From IMG/VR virus record IMGVR_UViG_3300005663_000054, positions 1 through 54,336 of that record: DNA of 54,336 bases. One strand, given 5' to 3'. The notes beneath the pieces were generated by a model. The model was not told the origin of the DNA and did no database searches. It saw only the letters and a list, made by a program, of their open reading frames with translations. The position numbers and the translations under genes are program-made. The stretch comes from a virus. Its lineage: Duplodnaviria; Caudoviricetes. Shown here one piece after another: positions 27,418 to 36,709 of the stretch; position 1 is the first letter of the stretch; each line of letters opens with the position of its first letter.

Positions 27418-27544
27418 TCTGTTTCCTCTCGTGCCAAAAAATGAGGGGGAGGACGGAAATAAATCCCGTTGCCTCCCCCACTCTCCCGGCTTCAGTCGTT
27501 ATCCACCATGCTCTTTACGGTGGCAATTTGCGTCATCTACCTTT

Positions 27545-27573
27545 ACTATAGGCCCCGCGATCGCCGAAGTCAA
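27545..27573 (-). promoter_or_regulatory. Leftward promoter of a divergent pair
   Basis: TTGACT-17-TATAGT. Confidence 0.7.
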
Positions 27574-27620
27574 GTTAAAAAACCGACAAAACTACAGAAT
27601 TTTTCATTTTGGTTTTTCGC

Positions 27621-27649
27621 TTGACTCGACGTAAAACGCTGCCTATAAG
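27621..27649 (+). promoter_or_regulatory. Rightward promoter of the replication module
   Basis: TTGACT-17-TATAAG; A/T tracts between the two promoters. Confidence 0.65.
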
Positions 27650-27691
27650 AAAGGTGCCGCGACGCCGAACGCCGCCCGGAACCGAACGAAA

Positions 27692-27880
27692 ATGTTGGAC
27701 GAAGAGGCACAAAACGCAGTAGACGAAGCCCGTAAAGAGGGTTACAATGAGGGTTATGAGAAGGGACATAATGAGGGTTATGAGAAGGGTGAAGAAGACA
27801 ATCAGGGTCGGATAGTTGAACTAGGACAGGATCTAGACGACCTCCAAAACCGAATAACGGACGTGTACAACTCGTATTAA
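27692..27880 (+). CDS. Small protein with EGYxxG repeats
   Basis: 24-nt-period repeat AATGAGGGTTATGAGAAGGG at 27746 and 27770. Confidence 0.6.
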   Translation: MLDEEAQNAVDEARKEGYNEGYEKGHNEGYEKGEEDNQGRIVELGQDLDDLQNRITDVYNSY

Positions 27881-27903
27881 CTACCACTTAAAGGAGAACG
27901 AAA

Positions 27904-28203
27904 ATGTCAGATAAAGGACCCTATGAATGTCAACCGCCGCTACCAAACAAGGAAAAAACTAAGCCGGAAGAGGGCGAGCTCCAAAAACTAGCCTCTCGCG
28001 TGAGCCAGTTGGAAGGGTTAACAGAGTCTCTTGCTATTGTCGTTCAATCCCTAAACGAGTATAGACAGATCAATGATACCAACGTGAATGAACTCCGGAC
28101 CAAACTCAAAGAGACCATCGTCTCGGTAGAGAGGCTGGCCAAGGGACATTCTTTCGGAAACCTAGGACTTCCCTCACTCGAAGCATGGAACAACCAAGAA
28201 TAG
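27904..28203 (+). CDS. Hypothetical coiled-coil protein
   Basis: AAGGAG RBS, 99 aa. Confidence 0.6.
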   Translation: MSDKGPYECQPPLPNKEKTKPEEGELQKLASRVSQLEGLTESLAIVVQSLNEYRQINDTNVNELRTKLKETIVSVERLAKGHSFGNLGLPSLEAWNNQE

Positions 28204-28225
28204 TTCTTGTAGGATGAGGTGTTAA

Positions 28226-28795
28226 ATGAGTACTTGGATTACATCATTACTTCGTTCCTTCACTAAGCCCCTCCAGTGGTGGATTGTTATTGCCATTTGG
28301 GAGCAGGGACTGAGAGTGAGGCTTGGCAAAACAGCCACAGTGTTAAGTCCTGGAGTTCACCTTAGAATTCCTTATTTAGACCGGGTGTACGTACAGAGCA
28401 CCAGGCATAGAACTTTGGTTCAGATGCATACAACAGTTACTACCTTGGATAAAAGGACCTTAACCTTTGGCTTGGCGGTGAGCTTCTCTATTAAGGACAT
28501 TAAAAACCTCTTCAACTCCCTATCCACTCCAGAAGCTACGATTCTAGCTAAAGCCGGGGGAGGTGCAGCCGATTTCATTTCTGCCCACGACAGGATAGAC
28601 GTAAGTCTACAGTCTATAAGTACGGCTGCATGTAAAGCTCTAGACTTAGAGGCTGAAAAGTGGGGAATCAACAAAGTCGAAGTGTGTATAGTTTCATTTT
28701 CGGAGGCACGAACATACCGACTACTGGGCGATGGATATACTGTTACAAGAGGGCTTTCTGATTTAGAGGATAATCGGTATAATGGGTCTCGTTAA
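28226..28795 (+). CDS. SPFH/band-7 family protein (short)
   Basis: WEQGLRVRLGK...LSPGVHLRIPYLDRV..R; TTLD; AEKWGI.V. Confidence 0.8.
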   Translation: MSTWITSLLRSFTKPLQWWIVIAIWEQGLRVRLGKTATVLSPGVHLRIPYLDRVYVQSTRHRTLVQMHTTVTTLDKRTLTFGLAVSFSIKDIKNLFNSLSTPEATILAKAGGGAADFISAHDRIDVSLQSISTAACKALDLEAEKWGINKVEVCIVSFSEARTYRLLGDGYTVTRGLSDLEDNRYNGSR

Positions 28796-31514
28796 AACTT
28801 TGATGGCAGCTTGTCATCCTAACTGCACTGCCTGCACACTGCACGTACAGTGCAAAACCACCTGCATCCCAGCAACGTGGTATGGCCGGGAGAGCGGTGC
28901 TTGGCCCCAATCTCGCCTCTGCCCCGACCACGAGCGAGCCCTCTACGTCATAGGAGAGGCTCCCGGCTGGAACGAGGACCAAAAAGGCGAGTGCTGGGTT
29001 GGTAAAGCCGGACAACTCCTCAAGACCGCCTACATCGACTACTTCAAGTTCTCCAACCGCCTCGACATCTTCCTTTCCAACGCCGTCCGATGTCACCCGC
29101 CAGGTAACAAGAACCCCACACGCACCCAACTAAAAATGTGCCAGGGGTTCTACCTGGCCGACATCGTCTATCTCCAATCCCTCTACGATCAGGTTATTAT
29201 CCTGTGCTGTGGAGCACCTGCGACTCAATCTGTCCTTGCCCTTTCCCTCAAGAAGTCATTCTCTCGCCAAGGTGACTTCACCGACTTTCGTGCGTTGACC
29301 GCCCCAACGCCGAAGGCCATCGTCCGCTTGGGGGAGGTGGTCGGACCATTCCTTTCCGATCCGACCCTTCCCCCTTTCCCCCGCCCATGTCCAGTCTTCA
29401 CCACCTACCACCCAGCCGCCCTCGGACGCGACAAGAACTACGCTCCCTACGTCAGCTCCCACCTCAAGATGCTGAGCGACTACATCGACGGAGACCTTAC
29501 CTACGAGATCAAGGGTGGCAGCCTGAAAATCCAAATGGCCCCCATGCCGCCCACCTATCCCCTCTCCCGGCTTAGTCTTGACATCGAGTCCTATGGAATT
29601 CTCAAGGGCCAGAACCAAACTCAGTTCCACCCCCTTAAGTCCATGGTCCACGACGGGATCAAGAAGGAAGACCTCGTAGTCACGGTTGGACTTAGCTGGC
29701 CCAATGAGAAGGATGAATTGGAACACGCGATATTTATTATGAGCCGGGAGAGTCACCGGAGGAGACTATGGTCATGGATCAAGAAATGTCGAAAGAGCGT
29801 TGGAGAACCTGGTGGATGCAATACCCACCAGACCCAGCCAAATACCGTATTCGAGTACTTGATAGGGCAAAACCTGAAGTTCGATCTGATGTACCTGCGT
29901 CACGCATATCCGGAGTGCAAGACATGGCTGAATTACCCCCTGCCGATAGTAGACCTGATGATCACGAACTACCTCCTCAACGAAGGGAGACCCGAAAAGA
30001 GTCTGAAAGCCCTTGCCCCCCTTCTGAGGGTCACTCAGTACAAGGATGGTTTCACGCAGTACAGAGCGGATACCGACCTGGTACTTCACCAGTACAACTG
30101 CCAAGACACCGCTGCAACCCTGCTTTCGCAGGAGAAACTAGAGGGGCTTATTGGGACTTTGTACGGAGATTCGACGCCCAAACTGAGTTCCTTCAACCGG
30201 GAGTGGTACACGAAACTCCTGTGGCTGACCGTGTGGATGGAGGAAGCCGGGATATCCATGAATCAGCAGGCCTTAGAAGGGCTCTTGAAATCCTACGAGG
30301 CAAGGATGGTCAAGCTGGAGAGGGGAATCAAGAACCGGTGGGACATCAGCCTCCGGGGGAAGGGGAGTTCATTAAGCAAGAGAGGGATTATGGACGAGGC
30401 CTGTCGTACCTTACTAACTATGAACTTACTCGTGCCCAAGCTGGAGAAGACAGCCACGACGAGGGACATATCGTTCAAGGAAGAAAACCGGAATGCACTC
30501 TTAGATGTTTTGCCTGCGACAAGCTCTTCCGCACGCCAGCTTCGTGCTATCTCAACTGCCCACACTGTGGGTGGGACCCTGGATAGGTATCTGTATCCAT
30601 TGCTGGTGGGCAGGGGCAAAGGTCACATCGATCCAACTACTCGCCTAATTGAAGGCAAGATTTACCCCCGGTGGTATCCCGTCCCGTCCGAATGGGAGGA
30701 TGGGAGTACTGGGGGAACTAAACAATGTCGAATAGTGGCCAAAGGCCCCGCCTGCCAGACCTTTCCTCCGGCAATCAAGAAGTGCATTACGTCTAGGTAT
30801 GACTACCTCCTATGGTTCGACTACTCTCAGATAGAACTTCGGATCGCAGCCCTCCTGAGCAACGATCCGTGGATGATGAAAGAATTTAGCAGGCCGGGTT
30901 GTGACTTCCACCTGGGTACTGCCGCCAAACTGTTTGGAGAGAAGGATGCAAAAAAAATGCGTCCGGTTGGTAAAGAACTTAATTTTCTAGTGATTTACCT
31001 TGGGGGGGCTGCCCGGTACCAGACTGTCCTTCTTCGTAAGAAAAGAATCGTCCGATCCCGGGGGCAGTGCCAGCAGGACATCGACGCTTGGTGGCTGCAA
31101 GCCAAGGGCTTGAAGAAGTGGCAGGAAGAACTCTATGAGTCTGCCTGCACCAACGGATACATTCAGCTTCCCCTCGCTGGCCAGTCCCGCACCTTCCTCG
31201 GTAACCGCTGGGAGGTACGCGAACAGATGAAAGAGATCGTGAACATCCCGGTGCAGGCTACCGCAGCCAACGTCATGCTCTCGGCACAGTTCGAGTTACA
31301 GTGGGCCTTTATGCAAAAGAGAATGAAGGCCGTCCTACCCATAAACGTATACGATGCGGCCTCAATCGAGTTTCCTAAACAGGAGCTGTACGCGGTACAG
31401 CATGAGATGAAAAGAATCCTGCCCGATCCGCCCTACTATCAGGCATTGTGCAAGGTTCTCGGACGCAGGCTCCCGCTTGAGTACGATGTTGAGATTCAGA
31501 GAATTACAGCTTGA
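28782..31514 (+). CDS. polA: Family A DNA polymerase with N-terminal family-4 uracil-DNA glycosylase domain and 3'-5' exonuclease
   Basis: UDG: CTACTL..IGEAPG..E..VGKAG..NAVRCHPP..TYHPAA. Exo: LDIES, QNLKFD, YNCQD. Pol motif A DYSQIELR, motif B RPVGKELNFLVIY, motif C NVYDA. Confidence 0.92.
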   Translation: MGLVKTLMAACHPNCTACTLHVQCKTTCIPATWYGRESGAWPQSRLCPDHERALYVIGEAPGWNEDQKGECWVGKAGQLLKTAYIDYFKFSNRLDIFLSNAVRCHPPGNKNPTRTQLKMCQGFYLADIVYLQSLYDQVIILCCGAPATQSVLALSLKKSFSRQGDFTDFRALTAPTPKAIVRLGEVVGPFLSDPTLPPFPRPCPVFTTYHPAALGRDKNYAPYVSSHLKMLSDYIDGDLTYEIKGGSLKIQMAPMPPTYPLSRLSLDIESYGILKGQNQTQFHPLKSMVHDGIKKEDLVVTVGLSWPNEKDELEHAIFIMSRESHRRRLWSWIKKCRKSVGEPGGCNTHQTQPNTVFEYLIGQNLKFDLMYLRHAYPECKTWLNYPLPIVDLMITNYLLNEGRPEKSLKALAPLLRVTQYKDGFTQYRADTDLVLHQYNCQDTAATLLSQEKLEGLIGTLYGDSTPKLSSFNREWYTKLLWLTVWMEEAGISMNQQALEGLLKSYEARMVKLERGIKNRWDISLRGKGSSLSKRGIMDEACRTLLTMNLLVPKLEKTATTRDISFKEENRNALLDVLPATSSSARQLRAISTAHTVGGTLDRYLYPLLVGRGKGHIDPTTRLIEGKIYPRWYPVPSEWEDGSTGGTKQCRIVAKGPACQTFPPAIKKCITSRYDYLLWFDYSQIELRIAALLSNDPWMMKEFSRPGCDFHLGTAAKLFGEKDAKKMRPVGKELNFLVIYLGGAARYQTVLLRKKRIVRSRGQCQQDIDAWWLQAKGLKKWQEELYESACTNGYIQLPLAGQSRTFLGNRWEVREQMKEIVNIPVQATAANVMLSAQFELQWAFMQKRMKAVLPINVYDAASIEFPKQELYAVQHEMKRILPDPPYYQALCKVLGRRLPLEYDVEIQRITA

Positions 31515-31539
31515 CTTCGGTACCGGCCGAGCCTAAAAT
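31511..31539 (+). promoter_or_regulatory. Sigma70-type promoter
   Basis: TTGACT-17-TAAAAT overlapping the polA stop. Confidence 0.65.
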
Positions 31540-31551
31540 GGAGAAGAACAC

Positions 31552-31926
31552 ATGGATGAACGACGACGAATCAGAGTGTACATCGCAGGGACCATGACGA
31601 ATGGTGGCAAGGGCTATGACATGAAGTCCATAACCGATGCCATTAAGGTCTACATTAAGCTCATTGAAATGGGCTTCGTTCCCCACTGTCCTCAGTTGAC
31701 AATGTTCTGTGACTTCGTAGACCCCGGTCGTATTACTCATGCCCAGTGGCTTGAGTTGGATAAGAATTACATTGATGACTGTGACGTGGTCCTTAGAATG
31801 CCGGGAGAGTCGGTGGGGGCCGACATAGAATGTGCGTATGCCATCAGTCGTGTTATTTCCATTTCGTGGGGGATTGATGAATTCCTGGCTGGATACGAAG
31901 ACTGTTACGGAAAGGTACCAGAATGA
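31552..31926 (+). CDS. Nucleoside 2-deoxyribosyltransferase-like / DUF4406-type protein
   Basis: VYIAGTMT ... CDVVLRMPGESVGADIE. Confidence 0.75.
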   Translation: MDERRRIRVYIAGTMTNGGKGYDMKSITDAIKVYIKLIEMGFVPHCPQLTMFCDFVDPGRITHAQWLELDKNYIDDCDVVLRMPGESVGADIECAYAISRVISISWGIDEFLAGYEDCYGKVPE

Positions 31927-32681
31927 AACGACTTGTCCGAATCGCCTTGCCCGATGTCCACTTTCCATTCGAGGATGAGGGGCTTCTAGGAGTCTGGTTG
32001 AGTCACATGCAAGACTTGAATCCAGACGGAATTGACATTCTCGGGGACTTAATTGACTGCTACTCCCTGTCCAGGTTTGACCGTAATCCGAACCGTAAAG
32101 GTACCTTCCAGGAGGAGATCGACCTTGCTTCAGGTTTTCTAAAGGACATGCGTGCGTTAGTCGGTAACGACTGTGACATACGAATGTCTGAAGGTAACCA
32201 TGAGCATCGCCTAACTAAGATGCTCTGGAGTAAGGCTCCAGCTTTGGCAACCATTTGGAACTTTACCATCCCGGAACTCCTAGGACTAAAAAAACTAGGA
32301 ATCGAGTGGCACAGCATTCAAAATCCATACCGGATTCGTGATCTCTGGTACACGCACGGTGATGTCCTCCGCAAGCACGCTGGCATGTCGGCCCGTGCCA
32401 AGTCCGACTCCATTCATAGCTCAGTAATGGTTGGTCACTCTCACCGATTGGGTTGGTCCCCCTATACTACGTGGGAGGGAATTGAGCAGGCCTATGATGC
32501 TGGACACGTAAACGACTACACCCAACTTGATTACGTTCACACTACTCCCAACTGGCAGCAAGGCTGGCCCGTGGTAGAGTTCCTATCCGAAGGGGTACAC
32601 GATGTCAGCTTCGCTCGGGTCCACAGCGTAGGTAAGAAACGAATCGTGGTCTACAAAGGGGAGGTCATCGCAAAGCTATGA
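31923..32681 (+). CDS. Calcineurin-like metallophosphoesterase
   Basis: DVH, GDLID, GNHE, HGD and GHSH motifs. Confidence 0.88.
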   Translation: MKRLVRIALPDVHFPFEDEGLLGVWLSHMQDLNPDGIDILGDLIDCYSLSRFDRNPNRKGTFQEEIDLASGFLKDMRALVGNDCDIRMSEGNHEHRLTKMLWSKAPALATIWNFTIPELLGLKKLGIEWHSIQNPYRIRDLWYTHGDVLRKHAGMSARAKSDSIHSSVMVGHSHRLGWSPYTTWEGIEQAYDAGHVNDYTQLDYVHTTPNWQQGWPVVEFLSEGVHDVSFARVHSVGKKRIVVYKGEVIAKL

Positions 32682-33029
32682 GTACCTCAACAGTAATCAT
32701 CAAAATACTAGACGATCTCATTTCAGACGAAGGCTGGAGAGAGCAGGAACGTGTTCTCGCTGAGGTACAGGTAGAAATTGAGAAGAGACTTGAACCAGGT
32801 TATGATTGGACAGACGATGAGTAAGGGAGACACCCCACGACCGATGAACAAGGAGAAGTACGATGAGTCGTTCGAGTCAGTATTTGGCCGGAAAGAAATC
32901 AAGACATGGAACCCAGACGGAGAAGAAGAGGATGCGAACGGCCTTTATTCTCACGAAGAGGACGGAAGCAGTAGCCAAACTAGTAGCGGACAAACTCAAG
33001 GCTCTAGTACGGGAGGAAGTATCCAATGA
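32678..33029 (+). CDS. Two small coupled ORFs (32678-32824, 32817-33029)
   Basis: MSTSTVIIKILDDL... and MSKGDTPRPMNKEKYDESFESVFG; overlapping starts and stops. Confidence 0.5.
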
Positions 33030-33294
33030 ACTCGACCGTAGAGGAATTGACAATAGCCCTGTGGAAGGTGGAGAATCAGATCAGCAAGCTGGTGGACAAG
33101 TACCTGTCAACGGAGATGCCAGCGAAGTCGTTTATGACCAGGCAGACACCTCTCCTAATGCAGAGGAGCGTCCTAGTGGCCAAGCTGAAAGTCCTGGGTG
33201 CCCGGTCTGTGGGGACGGACTCTTCTTCGCAGCAGCCGAGCGCGGAGTACCCGAGTACTACTACTGTGGATGTGGATACGACAGAAAGACATGA
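32932..33294 (+). CDS. Zn-ribbon protein overlapping 33026..33376
   Basis: GAGG RBS; CPVCG...YCGCGY. Confidence 0.45.
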   Translation: MRTAFILTKRTEAVAKLVADKLKALVREEVSNELDRRGIDNSPVEGGESDQQAGGQVPVNGDASEVVYDQADTSPNAEERPSGQAESPGCPVCGDGLFFAAAERGVPEYYYCGCGYDRKT

Positions 33295-33376
33295 TACCAA
33301 ACCAGATAACAGTACTGAGAGGTGCCTAGACTGTGGAGCAATCCTCTTCTTCTGTAACTGTAGAAAAAGACTATGA
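33026..33376 (+). CDS. Hypothetical protein with C-terminal CLDCG..CNC
   Basis: GGAGG RBS; ATGA coupling at both ends. Confidence 0.5.
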   Translation: MNSTVEELTIALWKVENQISKLVDKYLSTEMPAKSFMTRQTPLLMQRSVLVAKLKVLGARSVGTDSSSQQPSAEYPSTTTVDVDTTERHDTKPDNSTERCLDCGAILFFCNCRKRL

Positions 33377-33903
33377 TACCAGATCAGATAACAGTACTGA
33401 TTGATAGCCGGGAGAGGCGTCCTTTATTCTTCCCCTCCTGGATCGAGTGGCACGGTGACCGGACCATTACGTCCAGACAGACTCAGATCATCACCAAGGT
33501 CTCCCGGATGGAGTCTGGGGACTATACAATCGAGGGATACGACAAGGTCTGTATCATTGAGACTAAGAGGTCACTCCGCGAACTCCACGGCAACGTCTGC
33601 ACCGAGTGGCCCCGAGTAGCTAAGGCCCTCAAGAAACTATCCGTAGCGTGCAAGTATCCTTACGTGGTGTGGGAAATGAGTACGTCAGAACTGTTGCGTC
33701 CGACCAAGCACGTTCCTGATCCTACCCTCGTCATAGACAGGTGGATGCAGGCTCTTACCCGCCTTGACCTACGACTCATGTGGGTGGGTAGGCACGACGA
33801 ACCTGGTCCCCGACGTAAGCTAGGAGAACAACTGGTCCGGCTCATGCTGGCCCACATAGAAACAGAGGAAGGAAAGAATGACGTACCAACTGAAGCAGGG
33901 TAA
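33373..33903 (+). CDS. ERCC4/XPF-type nuclease (probable junction resolvase)
   Basis: VLIDSRE, GDY and IETKRS..EL motifs. Confidence 0.85.
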   Translation: MIPDQITVLIDSRERRPLFFPSWIEWHGDRTITSRQTQIITKVSRMESGDYTIEGYDKVCIIETKRSLRELHGNVCTEWPRVAKALKKLSVACKYPYVVWEMSTSELLRPTKHVPDPTLVIDRWMQALTRLDLRLMWVGRHDEPGPRRKLGEQLVRLMLAHIETEEGKNDVPTEAG

Positions 33904-34372
33904 AGAAAAGCAGACCTTTGAGACCGGTGCCCAACGTGACACCCAGGAGTCCAAGCCACGCCTTGATCTTATCAGCCCCATATTCCTAGAGCGTCTGGGC
34001 ATGATCCTTACCAAGGGAGCCGAGCATTACGGTGAGAGGAACTGGGAAAAGGGAATGCCCCTCTCCCGGCTTCTATCCTCTGCTGCTAGGCACCTCAACC
34101 AAACCATCGACGGACTAGAAGACGAGGACCACCCAGCACAGGCTGCCTGGAACCTCATGGCCTACATCCACACGGAGCACAGGATCAAAGCAGGATCTCT
34201 CCCGGCTGAGCTGGATGATTTGCCACGAGAAAAAAATCTGTCTTCAGACTTGACTTTCAGCAAAAAGGAACCTACAGTTGATCAGTCGGCTGTGTGCTGT
34301 GGGGTTAAGTATCCACTACGAGGTGGTTACTTTAAGTGTCCCAACTGTAGAAAGGACTTAGACTATGCGTAG
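33878..34372 (+). CDS. dATP/dGTP diphosphohydrolase-like (DUF5664) protein
   Basis: FETGAQRD..KPRLDLI..GAEHYGERNWEKG..RHL..EDH..AAWN; C-terminal Zn ribbon. Confidence 0.85.
   Translation: MTYQLKQGKEKQTFETGAQRDTQESKPRLDLISPIFLERLGMILTKGAEHYGERNWEKGMPLSRLLSSAARHLNQTIDGLEDEDHPAQAAWNLMAYIHTEHRIKAGSLPAELDDLPREKNLSSDLTFSKKEPTVDQSAVCCGVKYPLRGGYFKCPNCRKDLDYA
34250..34278 (+). promoter_or_regulatory. Internal promoter for recombination genes
   Basis: A-run upstream; TTGACT-17-TACAGT. Confidence 0.5.
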
Positions 34373-35555
34373 TGCAGAATTCAAACCTCCAAAACATGAC
34401 TCGTCCATCCGTCTTGGGGTACGAGATCATAAGGATGCTCACCCCCACGCCGACAGTAAGTTCGGGTGCAACATGCCTCGGTGTCTTGACGAGTTTTTCA
34501 AGGATGTTAGGATAGCTCCCATCAGATCGTCGGCTATCCACGACTTCGAGCATTGCCCCCGTAAGTTTCTCTACCGAAACAAGTTGGGCATAGTTCCACT
34601 AAAATACCAGCCCGCTCTTCACATTGGTACCGTCTTCCACCTGATTCTACAGGCTCTGTTCATGGGCAAGCCCCAAGACGAGGCTCTCGATGCGGCCAAG
34701 CAGTACTTCCACCGCTTCTGTAACAAGCTGCTTGCCTCTGCTGACGAGGTAGGGTTCACCCCGGGAGGGAAGTCGGTCGAGGGTGTAATCAAGTCCGCCA
34801 ACGATGACTACCATAAAGCAAGGGCCATGGCAATATCCTTCATGTCCTTCAAACCATTCGATTGGAGTAAGTGGGAACTTCTCTACACTCCAGACGGTAC
34901 TCCCTGCGTTGAACTTCTCCTAGAGGCCAAGGTCAGTGGTATTCCTGTCCCAATCATTGCACCTTGTGACCTGGCCCTACTCAAGAAGGGCACCAAAGAC
35001 GTCTTCATTGTAGACCACAAGACAACCAGTTCTGACACCCTGGCTCGTGCTCGGGCCGTCAAGATCAGCTCACAGATTGCCTTATACCGTCTTGTCCTCC
35101 AGTGCCACCTAGATGTGTGGGCAGAGGAGAGCGAGAAGTACAAGGGACTCCGAGTTCGTGGGTCTATCCATAACATTATCAAGAAGACCACCATCAAGTA
35201 TTGTAAAAAGGACCCCACCTTCAAGGACTACATCAATCGGGTCACGGCGTGGTACAAGGAGAAGCATGAGGAGGACCCAGAACACTCCCCTATCCTACAG
35301 CCAGAGACGATGTTCACCGAGCCTACTCTTACGAAGGAACTGTTCATGCGTCTCCGTCAACAGGCCCGTGCATCAAGGGCTGCCCCCAGCCTGGACAGAT
35401 TCTATCGGGCCGGTGACTACGCCTGCTACCAGTTCAACTCAGTCTGTGCCTACGCGGACCTGTGTGACAGCGACCCAGTAATGTGGCCCGACATTGTGCG
35501 TACTAGATTTGACATTGAATTTAGAGAAGACTCAGAGGAAGAAAGAAATGACTAA
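34365..35555 (+). CDS. PD-(D/E)XK exonuclease (RecB/Cas4-like)
   Basis: CPRK, GTVFH, E..DL..IVDHKT, QIALY; 1+3 Cys arrangement (C..C....C). Confidence 0.85.
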   Translation: MRSAEFKPPKHDSSIRLGVRDHKDAHPHADSKFGCNMPRCLDEFFKDVRIAPIRSSAIHDFEHCPRKFLYRNKLGIVPLKYQPALHIGTVFHLILQALFMGKPQDEALDAAKQYFHRFCNKLLASADEVGFTPGGKSVEGVIKSANDDYHKARAMAISFMSFKPFDWSKWELLYTPDGTPCVELLLEAKVSGIPVPIIAPCDLALLKKGTKDVFIVDHKTTSSDTLARARAVKISSQIALYRLVLQCHLDVWAEESEKYKGLRVRGSIHNIIKKTTIKYCKKDPTFKDYINRVTAWYKEKHEEDPEHSPILQPETMFTEPTLTKELFMRLRQQARASRAAPSLDRFYRAGDYACYQFNSVCAYADLCDSDPVMWPDIVRTRFDIEFREDSEEERND

Positions 35556-35829
35556 TACACTTCTTAGATGTCACACTTGCGGAGTTCCAGGAATAGAATG
35601 CTTGAGGACCCTTACACCTTATGCGTCGTTTCTTACTGACGGACAGTATGGAAATCTTTACCAGTGTTACGATTGCCAAAAGGAATCTAGTATTTTCTGC
35701 TCTCACTGTAGTGAACCCTTTCCAAACAATAAGCCTTTGCCAGAGCCACTAGATGATGGATCATTTCTTTGCGTAACGTGTGACCACAAACTATTGGAGG
35801 AGTTAGATGACTTCACAAGTAATAACTAG
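35548..35829 (+). CDS. Multi-CxxC Zn-finger protein
   Basis: CHTC, CYDC, CSHC, CVTC. Confidence 0.6.
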   Translation: MTNTLLRCHTCGVPGIECLRTLTPYASFLTDGQYGNLYQCYDCQKESSIFCSHCSEPFPNNKPLPEPLDDGSFLCVTCDHKLLEELDDFTSNN

Positions 35830-36709
35830 TCCCATCCCAAGTGACCTGGCAGACGTACCAGGGATTGCTACGGGATTCCGTCCCGTCGGCGTAAACCGTG
35901 GTCGCTATGTCATCTGTGGGAGACCTGGGTGTGGTAAGAGCACCCTAGCTCACAGCAATCCCAAGGCCTTCATACTTGACCCAGAAATGGGGGGCAACAC
36001 CGTAGATGATCCCAAGGCTATCTGTTTCACGCCTGATCCCGAGTTGGTTCCCGAAGGGGACTCGGCCGAATCCTATATGAATATGATGGAGAAAATCATA
36101 GCCAGACGCAAAGCCGGGAAGAGAGAGTTCGATATGATTGTCATCGACACCATAGACGAGCTGATCGAAATCTTTCTCCAGGACTTCTGCCTCAAGCACA
36201 AACTGGAAGACCCTCTCGACTACAAGAGCGGGGAAGGTAACGCCTACAGCATCGTTCGTAGAGACATCTTCCGGATGTTAGACCGTGCCTATCGTGCTGG
36301 CTTTGGGTGGACCCTCTTAGCTCACGTTACGCCCAAGACCATTCGACATGCGGGGGAGGAAAAGATTGTTCAATCCCTCTCGGTCTCCGACTCGTTCCGC
36401 AATGCTCTCTTCCGAAAGTGTGAGCACATGATGTTCATGGACTTCTACACAAAGACCATCAAGGGAGAGCCCACTACCCGAGTCGTCAAGGGTAAGAAGA
36501 TTTCTATTCCTGGAGAATCGCACCAGGAGATATGGCGAGTGCTGAAGATCAAACCGGGCGGTCTCTGGAAAGGCGAGACGACTAGTGATGTAAAAGTTCG
36601 GGTCCCGTTTCCCGATTCCACTGAAATCCCACGCCTCGGGGGATGGGACGTGGTAACTACAGTGTATAACGAGGCAGTCAAGACACTTACTCAAGGAGTA
36701 ACGACATGA
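35807..36709 (+). CDS. Sak4-like (AAA_24) ssDNA-annealing ATPase
   Basis: GRPGCGKST, ILDPE.G, IVIDTIDEL, LLAH; next to the exonuclease and SSB. Confidence 0.8.
   Translation: MTSQVITSPIPSDLADVPGIATGFRPVGVNRGRYVICGRPGCGKSTLAHSNPKAFILDPEMGGNTVDDPKAICFTPDPELVPEGDSAESYMNMMEKIIARRKAGKREFDMIVIDTIDELIEIFLQDFCLKHKLEDPLDYKSGEGNAYSIVRRDIFRMLDRAYRAGFGWTLLAHVTPKTIRHAGEEKIVQSLSVSDSFRNALFRKCEHMMFMDFYTKTIKGEPTTRVVKGKKISIPGESHQEIWRVLKIKPGGLWKGETTSDVKVRVPFPDSTEIPRLGGWDVVTTVYNEAVKTLTQGVTT

Noticed and set aside
27741-27790. 24-nt tandem repeat as regulatory or DGR element
   Set aside because: In-frame coding repeat (EGYxxG); no reverse transcriptase in the genome.
33878-34372. Z-genome (2-aminoadenine) or 7-deazaguanine system suggested by the dNTP hydrolase
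   Set aside because: No PurZ, DatZ-like HD enzyme, or Que/Dpd genes recognised.
34365-35555. Cas4 or CRISPR-associated locus
   Set aside because: No repeat-spacer array or other cas genes; context is a standard exonuclease-Sak4-SSB recombination module.
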